64,000 nt of DNA from Myxococcota bacterium. Its GTDB lineage: Bacteria; Myxococcota; B64-G9. A model generated the notes under the pieces. It was not told the origin of the DNA, searched no databases, and worked only from the letters and a program-made list of their open reading frames with translations. Shown here piece after piece: positions 63,568 through 64,000 of the stretch; within the stretch, counting starts at the first letter, position 1; the number at the start of each line of letters is the position of its first letter. Location: assembly GCA_035528415.1 (NCBI GenBank), contig DATKYQ010000044.1:4473-68472 (forward strand), read 5' to 3'. The position numbers and the translations under genes were made by a program.

Positions 63568-64000
63568 ATGAGCCGCCCGGAAGAGCCCGCCTGGTACGCC
63601 GTGCACACCCGTTCGCGGCACGAGCGCAAGGTGCTGGCCGAACTGGCGCGACAATCTTTCGAGGCCTTCCTGCCCGAGTACCGCACCTGGTCGCGCCGCA
63701 AGGATCGGCGCAAGCAGATCCTCAAACCTCTTTTCCCGGGCTACCTGTTCGTACGCAGCGGCATGTCGCCTGCCCTGCGCCTGGCCATCCTGCAGACGGC
63801 CTCGGTTGTGCGCCTGGTTGGCATCGGCTACGAACCGGTCCCGGTTCCCGATCGCGAGGTGGAGTCGATCAAGATCCTATTGCAGGGAGCCGGAGACGCC
63901 CGGCCCGCGGAGCCTCTGAAGATCGGCCAGCGGGTCCAGGTGATGGAAGGCCCCCTGAGCGGAGTGATCGGCGTCGTCGAACAGAGCGCCCGCCGCCGCA
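63568..64000 (+). CDS. NusG-paralogue transcription antiterminator (UpxY/TaA/LoaP-like), 3'-truncated by window end
   Basis: NGN-domain start WYAVHTRSRHERKV ... LFPGYLFV; KOW-like KIGQRVQVMEGPLSGVIGVV; positioned directly after polysaccharide genes. Confidence 0.7.
   Translation, partial: MSRPEEPAWYAVHTRSRHERKVLAELARQSFEAFLPEYRTWSRRKDRRKQILKPLFPGYLFVRSGMSPALRLAILQTASVVRLVGIGYEPVPVPDREVESIKILLQGAGDARPAEPLKIGQRVQVMEGPLSGVIGVVEQSARRR

Overview
This is a gene-dense, high-GC (about 65-67%) bacterial chromosomal segment. Two proteins carry GC-x-x-C plus TM plus Arg-rich C-terminal tails, and three giant lipoproteins carry Cys-rich repeats, which suggests a Myxococcota/deltaproteobacteria-like organism. 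I saw no rRNA, tRNA or CRISPR. Main content, left to right: (1) An ABC importer tail (ModC-like ATPase) followed by two NapH/MauN-like membrane polyferredoxins flanking a membrane-anchored PQQ-type beta-propeller. (2) An ankyrin lipoprotein, a Tat-signal DUF362 protein and a standalone 2-hydroxyacyl-CoA-dehydratase (HgdB/DCCP)-like protein. (3) A NatB-like ABC-2 permease and a split lysine-ketoglutarate reductase plus saccharopine dehydrogenase pair. (4) A translationally coupled operon encoding an FN3-like MYXO-CTERM-like protein, a second Tat-DUF362 protein, a 1357-aa Reg_prop propeller plus putative beta-barrel protein, an ABC ATPase and a small protein. (5) A response regulator, a degenerate GGDEF protein and a DUF4091-like secreted protein with a MYXO-CTERM-like tail. 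(6) Three giant Cys-rich-repeat lipoproteins: 1649 aa with a C-terminal metzincin domain, 1256 aa with a lamin-tail domain and PQQ propeller, and about 1300 aa. (7) lysA-lysC, an OPT transporter, acetate kinase, a hybrid histidine kinase and an EEP-family protein. (8) The centrepiece is a roughly 11-kb bacterial microcompartment (BMC) locus of sugar-phosphate-utilisation type. It encodes one BMC-H, one BMC-T and three BMC-P shell genes, a DeoC fusion, RpiB, triosephosphate isomerase with an N-terminal extension, a PduS-like Fe-S flavoprotein, a CoA-acylating aldehyde dehydrogenase with a classic encapsulation peptide, an unknown encapsulation-peptide-bearing protein, and PduL. It is flanked by a DhnA-type aldolase and a Zn-ADH. 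(9) A Wzc-like BY-kinase, a DegT aminotransferase and a NusG-paralogue (UpxY/TaA-like) exopolysaccharide module. Many long ORFs in the supplied track are antisense or alternate-frame artefacts of the high GC and the coding repeats.
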